This document shows, in pieces, positions 10,936 to 24,630 of a DNA stretch of 64,000 bases. The stretch comes from Azolla caroliniana (lineage: Eukaryota > Plantae > Polypodiophyta). The position numbers and the translations under genes are program-made. Under the pieces are notes generated by a model, which was not told where the DNA came from, did no database searches, and was given only the letters and a program-made list of their open reading frames with translations. Within the stretch, counting starts at the first letter, position 1, and every line of letters begins with the position of its first letter. The stretch spans positions 2,046,001 to 2,110,000 of the forward strand of contig JBHGNT010000007.1 of assembly GCA_043228905.1 (NCBI GenBank). The letters are read 5' to 3'.

Positions 10936-13011
10936 TAGTAAACTACATGCTTAACTTGTTAAGTAGGGGAGGATGTTTAACCCAAATTGGTAGCGTAAAA
11001 TTTTCCATTTCTTGTGTTACCGGTTATGATTACTAAGATACATAGCACGATTTTGTCATTTAGGATATGGTCTGAAGAACTGTACACTTACTAAGTATAC
11101 CTTTACTGAGATGTATACATCTTTACATGTTTATGGGTTTCAGTCTACATGTCCCTTTTTTGGATGTCTTATTCAAATTTTGAAATTGGGCTACGTTTTA
11201 GTTGGATCAGAAGATTATGAGTAAATTTATAGATATACAATTCTTGGCTAATGCTCTCAAGTTGTTTGAAAGCTAATCTGGTTGACAATTGTGAACATGG
11301 AAATCTTCCAAAAGTAACGCAAAGTTAAATTGGTTCTAGCTTTTTGCTTATGTGAAGTGACGATCCATGAGTTATGTTTCGTGAATGTATTTTCATCATA
11401 TTATCATTGGGGGGAACAAGTTTCAGTTCCATCTCAAGTGGGTGTTGTACTAGATATCACATTTTGGTGGTGCAGTTTTTCTTTGTGAATGGACCACACT
11501 CTCTTTGAGGAAAAGCTTATTTGCACTTTTCCAACCCGTTACCTGGGAGTGATTAGTCAGCTAGTGTTGTGTAAGCCTCCAAATTGTTGTCAAATTGTAT
11601 TTGCAATGAGTGTTATTGTCAAGTAAGTTTCTGTTATAATAGCATTGGAGTCGGTGAGAATAACATTGTGTTATCTGTGCAAATGAGTTATTGACAACCT
11701 TTCCTTGCCAAAGTGGATATGAACAATCGCAGGCTAAATTTATGTCATATATATTGTTACGTGTTAGCATATACATGCACAATTGATTCAATTGACAAGC
11801 TTGGCAAGGCAGTTTAGTCACCTGAATTGAAATTTACACCTATATCATTTGAATGCTTCATTTAGGTGCGATGAGCACATGTTGGTTGCAATGAATCTTG
11901 TATATCCATAGGTAACATGTAGGAGTTCTTTGTTAAGTAAGAGGCAAAGCTGGCATAGTAGTACCTTGTAAGCCACAAGTAAAAACTTCTACTTGCAACG
12001 CTGACTGTAGTTATTGCTTCCATGTAGATGAACAAAATGGATTAAATTAACAAATAGAGACTTCAGAACATCATCATAACTTATATAGATAACTACTAGC
12101 ATAAGAGCAATCAGGACAAGATGCTAAATTGCTGCAAAGTTTCCAAACATAAAATTGGCATTAATAACACGACTTATTGAACGTCCCTACTTTTAGATGT
12201 GCAAGTGCAGTAGGATAATCACATATAGAAAGCCAAATTGAGCTGTCCAAGAATAAGAGAGTCACTTTTTATCATGCATATATTTATTATCAATCCTTTA
12301 TTGCATTTTCTGTCACCTAAAGTCTACTTAACATCTTGTGGAGCTTGTGACACATAAAGGAATGTCGTGTTTCTCTGCTTACAGCAAATAGCAGTAATTT
12401 AATGTCATCGAGACACATTCAATATCCCGAGTAGGAGCTAGTAGGTGCAGTTCAACCAGAGCATTAATGACCATGGTAAATAAACACACACACACACACA
12501 CACACACAGAGCATATAACCAAATAAAGAAGGAAGGTAAGAAAGAAGTATGTATAGAAGAAGATGAGGCAGAAAGTGATGATGATAACAACGTAGAGCTG
12601 CAAATTTGCCATTAAAAAATGTTTCATGTGATTTGCTTAGGCTTTTTCATGATGAAAAGTTGTGGGCTCCCAAGTTCCAAATATTTTATGCCTGTTCTTT
12701 TTATACACTCATGAACCTAGAAGACAATTGAAAGCACAAATTAAATGTACTTCCAGAATTTTGGATGGTTCTTTTTTTGCTTTTTGCTTTTGGTTTCTTC
12801 AATAAATGCGGGTTTCTGTTGTTCTTCCTCTCAAAGAGGGAGAAGAGCAAGTGGGTCTCTGCTCCTCTCCATCTCCTCCCTCTTTGGATTCTAAAGGAAA
12901 AGAAAGTAAAAGAAGAGAAGAGGAGAGAATAAAAAAGAAAAAAGAAAAGAAAACAAATAAGCAGAGTTCATTTCCTCTGTTTTGCTCATCTTGATTTTCT
13001 CTGTATATCAG

Positions 13012-14015
13012 GTACACATCCTTCTCTCTCTCCCCCCCCCCCCCCCCCCTTGCATTTTGGTTTCTAGTTTAGTTTTCTTTCTTAAGGAGAATCTTACCTC
13101 CAATCTGGTAATGCTATCTTTTCTGATTCTCTCTTGTTGTGGCTGTCATAACGAAAGGGAAAATAGGCGATTGATTATTAATCAAATTTCTCTGATTTTA
13201 ATGGTTCCTTTGATGGTTTTTGGATCTAGGTGGGTTATATATAGCGCCTTTTGATGTGATTCAATCCTAGGGTTGATGTAAATATACTACATTCATAAAG
13301 ATTTTTAGCATCAAAATGCAGTATTTTAAGCTCATTACATTTGTGGTTATTAGAATGTTGATTAATTGTGTATGGACTAATTGCATCTTCTAACTTATAA
13401 TTCCAAAGCTAAGAGAGGATCCATGGTTTGCTCTCTTTGTTCGCAAGAAGAAACTCTAGAAGAATTTCTGGAAGTGCTAGAGGGTGTAAGATACGTGTCC
13501 CATTTACTATAAATTCAATCGTCAAGAAAGTGAGCCTTAGAATGTGTTCAGGGTTCCGGGTTTAGGATGTAATGATTAATAGGATGTCTTGTAATGCTAA
13601 AGTTTAGGAGGTCCTGAACCAAGTTGCTTCTTCACTATGGAGTATATCTTCAAGAAATGAGGTTTAGAATGTAATGTATTTAAGGTTAAGGATATAGCGA
13701 TTAGAAAGTTATATTGTGGTGTCTAAGTTTCAGAGATCTTGATCCAACTTGCTCCTCTACGATACATTATGTCATCTAGAATAGGTTCAGATTTTAATGT
13801 CTAGGATTTATTTCTAAATCTTAGGAGATCTTGGTCCATTAATATAGATTGTATCATCTAGGAATGAGCTTCAGGATGCTCATTTCTGTGGTAACTTCTA
13901 GAATCCAAACCTATAACGTAAAATCAGGGTTCAGCATTAATGTTGATGTTGTCAATGTCTTTGCTATATAAATTGGTGCATAAATCAATCACATTCTCTT
14001 TTTTTATATATTCAG
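13012..14015 (+). other. Probable 5'UTR intron of ACLB
   Basis: CAG|GTACAC donor after a CT/GA-rich leader (~12830-13011) and TTCAG| acceptor 34 nt before the ATG. Confidence 0.55.
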
Positions 14016-14049
14016 TTGGACGTCTTTGAGTGGTATATCATACTATACT

Positions 14050-15860
14050 ATGGCATCTGGACAATTGTTTTCTCGACAAACCCAGACCTTGTTCTACAAT
14101 TTTAAGCAACTTCCCATTCAGAGGATGCTTGATTTCGATTTCCTATGTGGTAAGTTCATGTCAGTAAGTGTGCTAACATGTGCATTCACACCATAATTCC
14201 TCCTTTGGCTCAAATTCATACATACCTTAAGTTTGTGAGTTCCTCATATACTTTGTGATTGTATTGTATTCTTATTTAATCACAACATATAAGGGATGTA
14301 AAAGTGTGTCTCATACTGTTTGTATTCTTCCCAAGGATACTTTAGAGTAAGCAAAATGTAAATGTGGTACGATGTGTCTGTATCATCTTAGCTAACGAAA
14401 GTTTAAGAGAATAACACAAAAAATACCCCTACCTTTTTGGGTATTTATTGCAATATCCCCAGGTTTTCAAAAATGATCAAAATATCTCTCCCTTTTGGAA
14501 AATTTAATCCTTCAGATGGTATTTTTGGTGGTCTTCTCCCAAGATTAAAAACTATAATCATCTGGCTTATAGTGATCAATTTGTTGAATATTCATCTTTG
14601 TTGACACTGCCAGGAAGAGAAACTCCATCAGTGGCTGGAATCATCAATCCTGGGTCTGAAGGTTTCCAGAAACTTTTTTTTGGGCAGGAGGAGATTGCTA
14701 TTTCTGTGCATTCAAGGCATATTATTTATACTTGGATGTCATTGTCATTGTTTCTATCTATGGAGAGGCAAATCCTTTCTAACCAATGTCCTATTCTATC
14801 TTGATTCTTACAGCATCAAAGATGCATGCAAGGCTCACTCGACAGCTGATGTGTTCATCAATTTTGCTTCATTCAGAAGGTACATGTGTGCTTATTACTT
14901 ACTATTACCATTACTACTACTACTACTACTACCACTACTACTACTACTACTACTAGTATTATTATTATATACATTTGAGCTGATTATGGCGTAAGTTGAA
15001 CTTCATGAGCTATGTACAACATTTTTGTGAACCCTGAAAGAAATGGAACTCTCCTTCGCAATGAAAGCTTGAATACCTCAGAACAATTTTTGTAGTGCCA
15101 TCCATCCTAACTATGGTTTTTTGGCAGTGCGTACGCTTCCTCTATGGAGGCCCTGAAACAACCAACCATCAGAGTTGTAGCAATTATTGCTGAAGGAGTA
15201 CCGGAAGGGGATACAAAGAAACTTATTGCGTATGCTAAAGCAAACAACAAGGTAAACAGCAAGTTACTGGTGTTTAGAGTATCCCACAATCCTCCTCTCT
15301 CCCCTCTAAATATTTAACTGCCCCTATGGTTATATTATATTAATTTGGTGTTTTCAGTGTTTTATCTTATATGCCTTTGAGAATAATCAAAGTTAGTGAT
15401 CAAATGTGTTCCTTCTTCGTGTAGGTTCTTATTGGCCCAGCAACTGTTGGTGGAATCCAAGCTGGTGCCTTTAAGATAGGCGACACTGCCGGTACACTTG
15501 AGAATATAGTGGAGAGCAAACTCTACCGTCCTGGATCTGTTGGATTTGTATCAAAATCTGTGAGTTCCAAATTCACATTGAGCACTTCTGCTTTGGATTC
15601 ATTATATGATTAGAATGCACACACACATATAAATGTTGGGGTTTTGCATGATTTTTAGGGTGGTATGTCGAATGAGCTGTATAGGATAATTTCAAGAACC
15701 TCTGATGGTATTTATGAAGGTATTTCTGTTGCCACTGTAGTTCAACCCCTTAGATTTAATTTCTTTTTCTAAATTATGCATCTGATAAACAGCATTTAAA
15801 TGAAAACAATTTTTGAAATAAACGTAAATATATATGCATATATCCATACACACATGTAAA

Positions 15861-15929
<69 letters not shown>

Positions 15930-18301
15930 GTGTGTATGAAAACTCTATTGTTATTGTTTGCTTTTCTAGGCATTGCAATTGGCGGCGATGTGTTCCCTGG
16001 CTCCACCTTGTCTGATCATGTTTTACGGTACCAGAACATTCCACAGGTTTGTCTTGCTATTCTGTATGTAGATAGAAATGCTATTTTGTCATTGCTTTTC
16101 ATTGTGAGTATATTATTTTAAGAAGCAAGCTGTTACTATGTGTGATCTCAAACTAATGTATATGATAAACTGTCATTATGAATGCAAACAGCAGATCCAT
16201 TGCTTGAGATTGGAATCTACAAACTTAGGGATCCAAAGCACACACATTATCACTACATTATCATGCTTAAATATTTAACTCTAAGAATGGTAATACAATA
16301 AGCTCACTAAGTCTACTACCAATAATTTATTAGATCACATTTGCGCTTTGAAATTGTCGCATGTAATCTCTTGTTTGTTCTGTGTTTCTTTTGTTGGTAT
16401 GGTACATTGTTTTTAAAAAGTGACTTGCAGATCAAGATGGTGGTGGTGCTTGGTGAGCTTGGTGGTCGTGATGAGTACTCTCTCGTGGAGGCTTTGAACC
16501 AGGGCAAAGTAACTAAACCTGTGGTTGCATGGGTTAGTGGCACATGTGCACGTCTCTTTAAGTCAGAGGTGCAGTTTGGACATGCTGTAAGTTTTCATGT
16601 ACACTTGTCTTATGTGAAAATGGTGATTGCCCAACCGATTTTCTAACTAATGTAGAAATTGTGAGTTGCAGGGTGCAAAGAGTGGAGGTGATATGGAATC
16701 TGCTCAGGCGAAGAATAGTGCACTTCAAGCCGCGGGTGCTCTTGTGCCAACCTCTTATGAGGGCCTTGAACCGTTAATCAAGGAAACATATGAACGCCTA
16801 GTTAAAGAAGGTGTGATTGTACCTATTCCTGAGTTGAAACCCCCTCCAGTACCACAAGACCTAAATGCAGCTATTAAGGCCGGAAAAGTGCGAGCTCCGA
16901 CACATATAGTCTCTACCATTTGTGATGACAGAGGTTGGTTTTTTGCATTATTTGAGGTATTAAATGGCCATGGTCAGTTCTAATTTCACTCCGTCTTATG
17001 TTTTGTAGGTGAGGAAGCTACATATGCAGGGGTGAAGATGTCAGTATTGATCGAGAATGACAGTGGTGTTGGGGATGTGATCTCGCTTCTTTGGTTCAAG
17101 CGTAGCCTCCCTCGTTACTGCACCAAATTCATTGAGGTATTTAAACTCTTTGGTTTGATTATAATAGAAAACAATCAGGAATAAAATAGTGTAGCATTAG
17201 AGGCATGCTTGGTCCAGGGTTTTTTTGAAAACACAGTTTTATATTGTTCTATAGATGTGCATAATGCTTTGTGCTGATCACGGTCCATGTGTTTCTGGTG
17301 CACACAACACAATTATTACAGCCCGAGCTGGAAAAGACCTTGTTTCAAGCTTGGTATCAGGTTGCTGCTCTTCATATTCTTTTTCACATTATGATTTTAA
17401 ATGATTTCTTATAGTCTTTTTTTTCTCTTTACTAACATAGGTCTTCTAACAATTGGGCCCCGGTTTGGTGGGGCGATCGATGATGCCGCTAGATATTTTA
17501 AAGAGGCATGTGACAAGGTATATATTTGTATTTGGACGTCAAATGTGGGATTTTTTTGTGAACACTACCATCTATCCATCCATCAAGGTGGGTTGCGGGG
17601 TTTAGGCCCATTGGTTTGATTAAAATGGACCGATTCTCTGTTTTCAGGGTCTTTCTCCTTTCGAATATGTTGAATCGATGAAGAAGAAGGGCATTCGAGT
17701 ACCTGGAATTGGTCACAGGTTACTTGTTACAAACTCTTTAGCGATGTGGTTCTGATGTGGATTTAATACATACAAGTTTTCTGAAAAGTATGTCCATTGT
17801 TTCTTTTCTACAGAATAAAGAGTGTGGACAACAAAGACAAGAGGGTGGAGCTTCTACATGAATATGGGCGGACATTCTTCCCTTCTATCAAGTACTTGGA
17901 ATATGCACTCCAAGTTGAGAAGTACACACTCACGAAGGCGAACAACCTTGTCTTGAATGTGGATGGGTGTATCGGTTCTCTTTTCCTGGATTTGCTTGTT
18001 AGTAGTGCAATGTTCACCCAGCAAGAAATAGATGAGATTGTGGAGATCGGCTATCTTAATGGTCTATTTGTGCTTGCCCGGACAATTGGGTTGATTGGGT
18101 AAGGATACTTTTAGGATTATGTTGTGTGTGCGCATACATATGGTTTTAGAGAGACAATGATTTCATATTGTCAATTAGGAGAGAATAAATCTTTTCTCAT
18201 GCTATTTGTTTTTTTTTTAATGCAGTCATACATTTGATCAGAAACGGCTTAAGCAGCCTTTATACCGTCATCCATGGGAGGATGTCCTTTACACGAAGTG
18301 A
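14050..18301 (+). CDS. ACLB: ATP-citrate lyase subunit B. Exons 14050-14149, 14614-14716, 14814-14879, 15128-15251, 15425-15559, 15659-15719, 15970-16046, 16431-16586, 16672-16933, 17009-17136, 17255-17360, 17441-17517, 17648-17718, 17814-18098, 18226-18301
   Basis: [54 protein letters not shown], phospho-His motif [48 protein letters not shown]. Confidence 0.97.
15861..15928. repeat. Compound (TG)n(TA)n microsatellite in an ACLB intron
   Basis: Directly visible. Confidence 0.95.
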
Positions 18302-20482
18302 CAAATTGAGGATTTTCCTTAATTTTCTCTTCAACGTTGAATGCGGTCTTCACAATTGGGGACAAATTTTTTATTCCTTTAGCTTGACCCCTTTGTAATT
18401 TATTACTCATAATGTTGGAAATGAGTCAAAATTTCTTACTTGTGGTATCAGGATGGTGCAAATCAAGAGAAAAATAACTAGCCTTGATTGTCTCATATTC
18501 CGGAAACCTTTTTTCTGTGGTATAAGGGGTGCCAAGGCAATTATTAATAGAACACGTGATCTTTATTTTTGTTGGCATATACTACTAATGTTTCCAATGC
18601 ATTCAGATCTTTAGCATCCTCTGGAAATTTGAGTCTGCATTAGTAAGGTTTGTCGTAAGTGCATATCTATGATAGCGCACATCCACTATGTTATTGTCTA
18701 TTATTATTGTATGCCTAATCAAGTCAAGAGATGATTTTTTCTTAAAGTTATCATAGAGATGAGATTAACGTATCTAGATAGCCTTGGGCTTGGATTAAGC
18801 ATGAATTCCATCCTAAAGAGTTGTAATGTTCAACTATACCTCTAGGAAACCTTGGAATTGGAAAGTTGATCTTAACTTTTTGTATGTTCTTTGTGTGCAA
18901 GATGTGGTTCATTTTATGACATTAACACAACCATGGATGATCGAGACAATGTCGATGCAATGTGGTTGTCTTCTTTGGTTATGCATGTGTGCTTCAAAGA
19001 CATTGAGTGGGTTGTAATTTTGACCAAAACATTTTGTGATTCAATATTTTAAAAAGTTCATAACAGTAGTCCCTTGCTTAAAACCTAGGTTTGGGAACCT
19101 TCACTATGAGTGTTCCCCACCATCTCATGTTATTGGGTTTGTGGTTTTAGACTTCTACTCATGGAGGCATGTCTACAATATGATTGGGTAACAAATCTAG
19201 GTGCCTATTCCTTTCTAAATGTGGCCTACAAATTCCATTGGAAATATTTCTAGTGGAAATCAGGATGGGGAAGCAACACAAAATGCATGTAATCTATTCA
19301 TCTTTTGCATAGATTATATCCTTCATTTCATGAGTTTTTGAGTGGCAAATTCCTTCAAGGATATATCGTAGGCTAATCACTCCCTTTAGTCAGCTGTGTT
19401 GTAATGAGATTCTTCTATTATGGACACCAATAGTACTTACTACAAGGGTATAATTCTTAGCCTCAATGCATTCCATATTTGTCATGATTCGGCACTTATT
19501 GGAACCATTGTTGGTTTTTCAATATGTTAAGCTAAAACTCTACATTGTTTTTGGTCCTCAAAATTTCCATTCCTTTGATCATTTTTAAGTGTTTAATCAT
19601 TACATTTATGAGAATTTTCTTCATAGTCGTGACTCGTTTTTGTCCACCATTTTGCTTCTTTTGAAAAACAACAATGTTGGAGAATGAGCAAAATGAAGAT
19701 GCTAAAAAATGCATAAGAAAATAAATAATTGCATCATTTTTATTTTTGTTTTCGTAGTTAAATGTAGATTTTGCTTCAAGAGAATGCTTTTGTTTAAAAA
19801 AATAAAAAAATAGATTAAATAGATAAAATAAATAAGCAAATATACTAGATTTATTCAAATCAATCTCTTAACGAATTCACAAAGTTATGTATGTCCATAG
19901 ATATAATTAGACCAACATTTGAAATGAAGAATAAAAAAGTACAAAAGAAAAGCTCTTAAATGTATATATTTGCAAGTGTCGCCAAAAAAGGTACAAGCAA
20001 AATGTCCTATTTTGTATATATGTATTTGTAAGTGTAACGAAACTAACATAAATTTTCACAAGGGTTGATGAAATCTATGGAGGTGACGAGTTGGTCACCG
20101 ACTCACCTTGTGTTCTTATGATGTTCTAGCACAGTGCACTAAATGTGATACAACTAGTCACTTTCTTGGGAGCATCAACCGGCCCGATATGGTCTCACAT
20201 GCCCATCATAGACAAAACTTTGTGAAATATTTTCCTTAAAACTAATTCCTTTTTTTATTCGAGGTGGAATATTTTCCTTATAAAGTTCATTTTAAAAACA
20301 ATGCATGTATTGCTCAAGTTCTCACCATTAATGACACCACCGCCCTTCCAAGTTCCACCCAATGTCACCAAAGTTGTTTGCTATGCCACCATTTTCAACA
20401 TCCATGGGTCCATAGCACCTTCTCATTATTAGATCTTCCATTTTGTATGTATTGTTTTAATTTGCTTCATACATCTAGTTGA

Positions 20483-20553
<71 letters not shown>

Positions 20554-20575
20554 CACACAACACAACACAACACAA
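20483..20575. repeat. (CA)n microsatellite
   Basis: Directly visible. Confidence 0.95.
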
Positions 20576-22614
20576 CGCACAAGAAATGTTCGAAATTTGC
20601 ATAATATTACCACAATAGGTCAACATGAGTTTTCTTTGTAATAATTTAGTCTCTTGACTCTATCAATAACTTAATGTTTATGGTTTAATAAGTTTTTAAA
20701 CTCATCTTAGATGGCTAATGGTTTAGGGTTTGGATATTTTTGTAATATTTATTAAATATGAATTAACTTTATAAAGTTTTAGTTAATAACTTAAACCTAT
20801 AGCCTATTAATATATTAAGATATATCATTTGAAGTTCAATATTTTATCTTTTCTCAAATTTGGGTTTACTAAGACTCAAGAGATGTGCTACATGATGCAC
20901 ATAAGACTTCTAGTAGGCTACATGACCTTAGCTAGAGGAACCATTTAGTGTGTAAGAGTGTGAATTCTAGAATTGATTCACTTATCTCAATTCGAATAAA
21001 TGAATAGGAGTGAACCCTAGCCTAGATTCACTTTTTTTCAATTCAAATACCAAAATCGCTTTATTAGGTGAATCAACCCCCTAACATTGTAGTTTAATAA
21101 CTAGTTATGTAGTGAACATTGATTCTTGTACTTTTTGCACTTTGAAATGAACAATTATGTCGCAAACATCAAGCAAATCCAATCAAATCAAATGGTTACA
21201 TAATATAATAGGGAAAAGGTAGTCAAACCTAAAAAGGTAAGGCTAATATTTCCCTTAGTTTTGTGATGTTTTATCCCTATATAGATATGTAGACAGTTTA
21301 TTTAGTTGTTGACTAGGACATTGCACATCTCAAGTGCTGCGATACGGTTCAATCTTAAAAGACTCTTCTCTTGCAATAAATTTAACTAATTTAGGCGAAA
21401 ATATTATTTGTGACACCAATGTTTCAACAAGTTTGATAGAGTAATCGACTCACAAGTCACAACTCACCAATTTAAAATTTCTTGCAAGTAATACATTAGA
21501 ATGTGGGCCATTCAACTTTGATTGTAAATCATTGTAATGATGTGCCACAAACCATATAGTACTTATCTTCAAAATGATGATGGCCCAATTATTGTTACTA
21601 TGTGCATCAACAAATGTGTTCCACTTTAAAGCCTATGTATTAAATGCTGATTAAACAAGTTATACAAATCTCCTTATAAGGATTTGAGGTTCATTTGCTT
21701 CTTTGAGAAGTGTTTGATGGACATTGGACTGAAGAAACAAATAAAACGTGGTTACACAAACTTCGAACATTAATGCTCCACAAGTAATATTGTGATTGAT
21801 ATACTATTCTACAAAATGCACATTATTAACGCACAATTAGTTAATGATATAATGGATTAAATTAAGATAATATAAGTGGCATTACATGTATCTATCTAAG
21901 GTTGTGTACAAAGAGCTAGTTTTTTAGTAGGAATCTAGCAAAATACCTATAAAATTTTATGGGGATGTGGAAGTGAAGTAGATTCACTTGTCAAGTGACA
22001 TAGGTATTAATTAAAACCACATGTTGAATCGAGTAATTGTGTATTTTACGCAATAAGATATATCAACAATGACCAAAATACGCAATCTATGGACATGAAG
22101 TTTAGTTAGTTCTAATATTATTCTTGGACTTATATTTTCATTGGAGTTACAATGCCAATGTGACAATTCTAGAAGCTCGAGTTGGTGCCAATATTGAGAT
22201 AGTGACAAACGGGGCATGCCATCGGTATGAATGCAAGCTAAAAATAAAATTCCCAAAGCTTCACAATACAAAGAAAGAAGATTTTCATGAGCGTTTTCCA
22301 AAGAGAGAGGGGCAAGTTTGGAACATTTTTTGATGATGAGCTGTTATACCGATTGGATCATATCGTTTACGATACTCTTAATTTCTCGATATGTGGTAGT
22401 TCATGATAAACATAGAAGGGACAAAGGGAGAAGGTTCCTAGGAAAGTTCCAATGAACAACTGTTTTTTAATGTCATGATCTTTTCTACTATCCCTTAGGA
22501 GTTAGGCTAGAGTGGGCCCAAGGCATATTCTTGAGGATAATTTTGTACTCGTAACATAAAAGCCATGGTTTTGGGGATCAAACTAGACTCTAGAGTGAGC
22601 TGATTGAGATCCCC

Positions 22615-24127
22615 ATGACAAGGGGATTGGAGATTTTGGATGTGGTCCTGGTGCCTGCAGGTGTGTTGATGTTGTTGGTCTATCAAGCGCAGCTCGCGTA
22701 CCGAATCCGCTACCACCCGTCCACGACCGTCTTGGGCATCAATCATATCAATCGCCGAGCATGGGTCCGCGTCATGATGCAGGTTTCTTCTTTCTAGATT
22801 AAATGCTCTCATTCATAAAGTACCATTCGAATCAATTCACTCCTATATATACATACACCAATCTTTCTTTGAGGTCATGAATCATGACATATATATCTAT
22901 ATATCTATATTTATGTATGTTTGTTTATGTATGCATGTATGTATGTTTGTGCGTGTACATACATACATACCTACATACATACATATTGTATAGATCTTGG
23001 TCTTTGGTCTTTGATCTTTGATTGTCATAGTTTATTAATCATGATAGAGATCCATTTATGATGTGTCTATACTCTGTTTTAATGGCATGATTGAGTGAGA
23101 CTTGAAATGAAATGACACTACTATCAGCCATCTTTGAAATGCCTAAATGACCTATGACCTAAATTCATTTAAGTCATAGGAAGGCCGTTCGGTGATCATC
23201 ATGCAATTGATTGATCACAGATAGGTCTCTATATGTCCGGTTAATATTCACAACCATATCCTTCATGATAAGCTTCCTAGTGGAGCTTGCTTCGTGGTGC
23301 ACAATCTATGGATGCTCCATATCCCACTAGGTGCAATTGTCCCTTATGGTGTGATGGGCAGCGCATTAGAGGTGACTTGACAGAATAATCGAGCCCAATG
23401 ACTCGATCAACTGGGTAACCCCCCATAATGATGCATCCATATGTATATGTGTATGTGTATATATGTATATGTATGCATATGTATGTATGTTGAGAGAAAG
23501 AGAGAGATAGATGGTGTGTGTATTATAAACTTGTCATTTATAGATGAATTGATCCTCTTGTAAAAACAGGATGGCTTGAAGAATGGGATATTGTCCGTCC
23601 AAACGCTACGAAATGAGATCATGGCATCGGCATTGCTAGCAACGGCCGCGATCACACTATGTGCCATCATCGCCGCGTTGATAAGCACAATTAGTACTGA
23701 TAGCTTCGAGGTCACGAGTCTATTACTTGGGGACAAGAGAAAGGGGACCACTTCTATCAAGTTCCTATGTGTCTTGATATGTTTCCTCGTGGCCTTCATG
23801 TGCAATATCCAATCTGTGAGGTATTATTGCCATGTAAGCTTCCTCATTAGCATACCCCTTGGTCCCAATGCACCTGGGCTCCAACTTCAATATGTCAATG
23901 ATGCCATGTCCATGGGCGCCCACTTTTGGTCCCTCGGATTAAGGGCATTTTATTTCTCGTTTCCCATGTTCTTGTGGCTCTTTGGTCCTATCCCCATGTT
24001 CTCATGCTCGTTGATCCTCACTATTTGGCTCCATTTCTTGGACACGACGAAAAACTTCAAGTCAAATTTGGGTAGTTTACAAGGGCCTAGAGATAACGAA
24101 TTAATACCAATCAACAACTCAAGCTAG
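22615..24127 (+). CDS. DUF599-family membrane protein, copy A (exons 22615-22782, 23570-24127)
   Basis: LDVVLVP.G, TTVLGIN..RRAWV..MMQ|D..KNGILSVQTLRN.IM, FWSLGLRAFYFSFP.FLW.FGPIPM; GT-AG phase-0 intron. Confidence 0.9.
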
Positions 24128-24405
24128 TTGAAGTTGAAAAGAACACTCAAGATTGGGTGTTTAGTGCTCTTCCGTACACATCGAGACACGCAAGCCAAAC
24201 CAATTTTATTTATTTATTTCAATCTTGATTTCTTCTAACGCATAATACACTCATTTGATGTGATATCAAGAAATTATGAAGAAGACAGTGAAGTCTGTAT
24301 ACAACCTCCTTTACACATGTGGATCTCCATTGAATGTTTCTAAAGCTCATCACCACCACAAGACAGCTGGAAAATTTAAGTTAATTTGTTCATGGTTTTC
24401 TTCCA

Positions 24406-24630
24406 TGCAACACAAATGACTATGGAATATCATGTTCTTGATCGTGAACATATCCAGTCATTAGGAGGATTTCTTGGATGTATCATGTTTCCAAAGCTTG
24501 AAAATTTGGGTTAGTTTGTTTATGGTGTTCTTGGATGCAACACTAATGACTATGAAATATCATGTTCATGATCGTGAACATATTGGGTCATTAGGAATTT
24601 CTTGGATGTATCATGTTCCCAAAGCTTCAT
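24406..24630. repeat. Two-copy local duplication (~130-bp spacing) downstream of DUF599 A
   Basis: tgcaacac.aatgactatg.aatatcatgttc.tgatcgtgaacatat...ttcttggatgtatcatgtt.ccaaagctt occurs at ~24406 and ~24536. Confidence 0.85.

Noticed and set aside
20720-20732. TTTAGGG telomere-like motif
   Set aside because: Isolated one or two units, expected by chance
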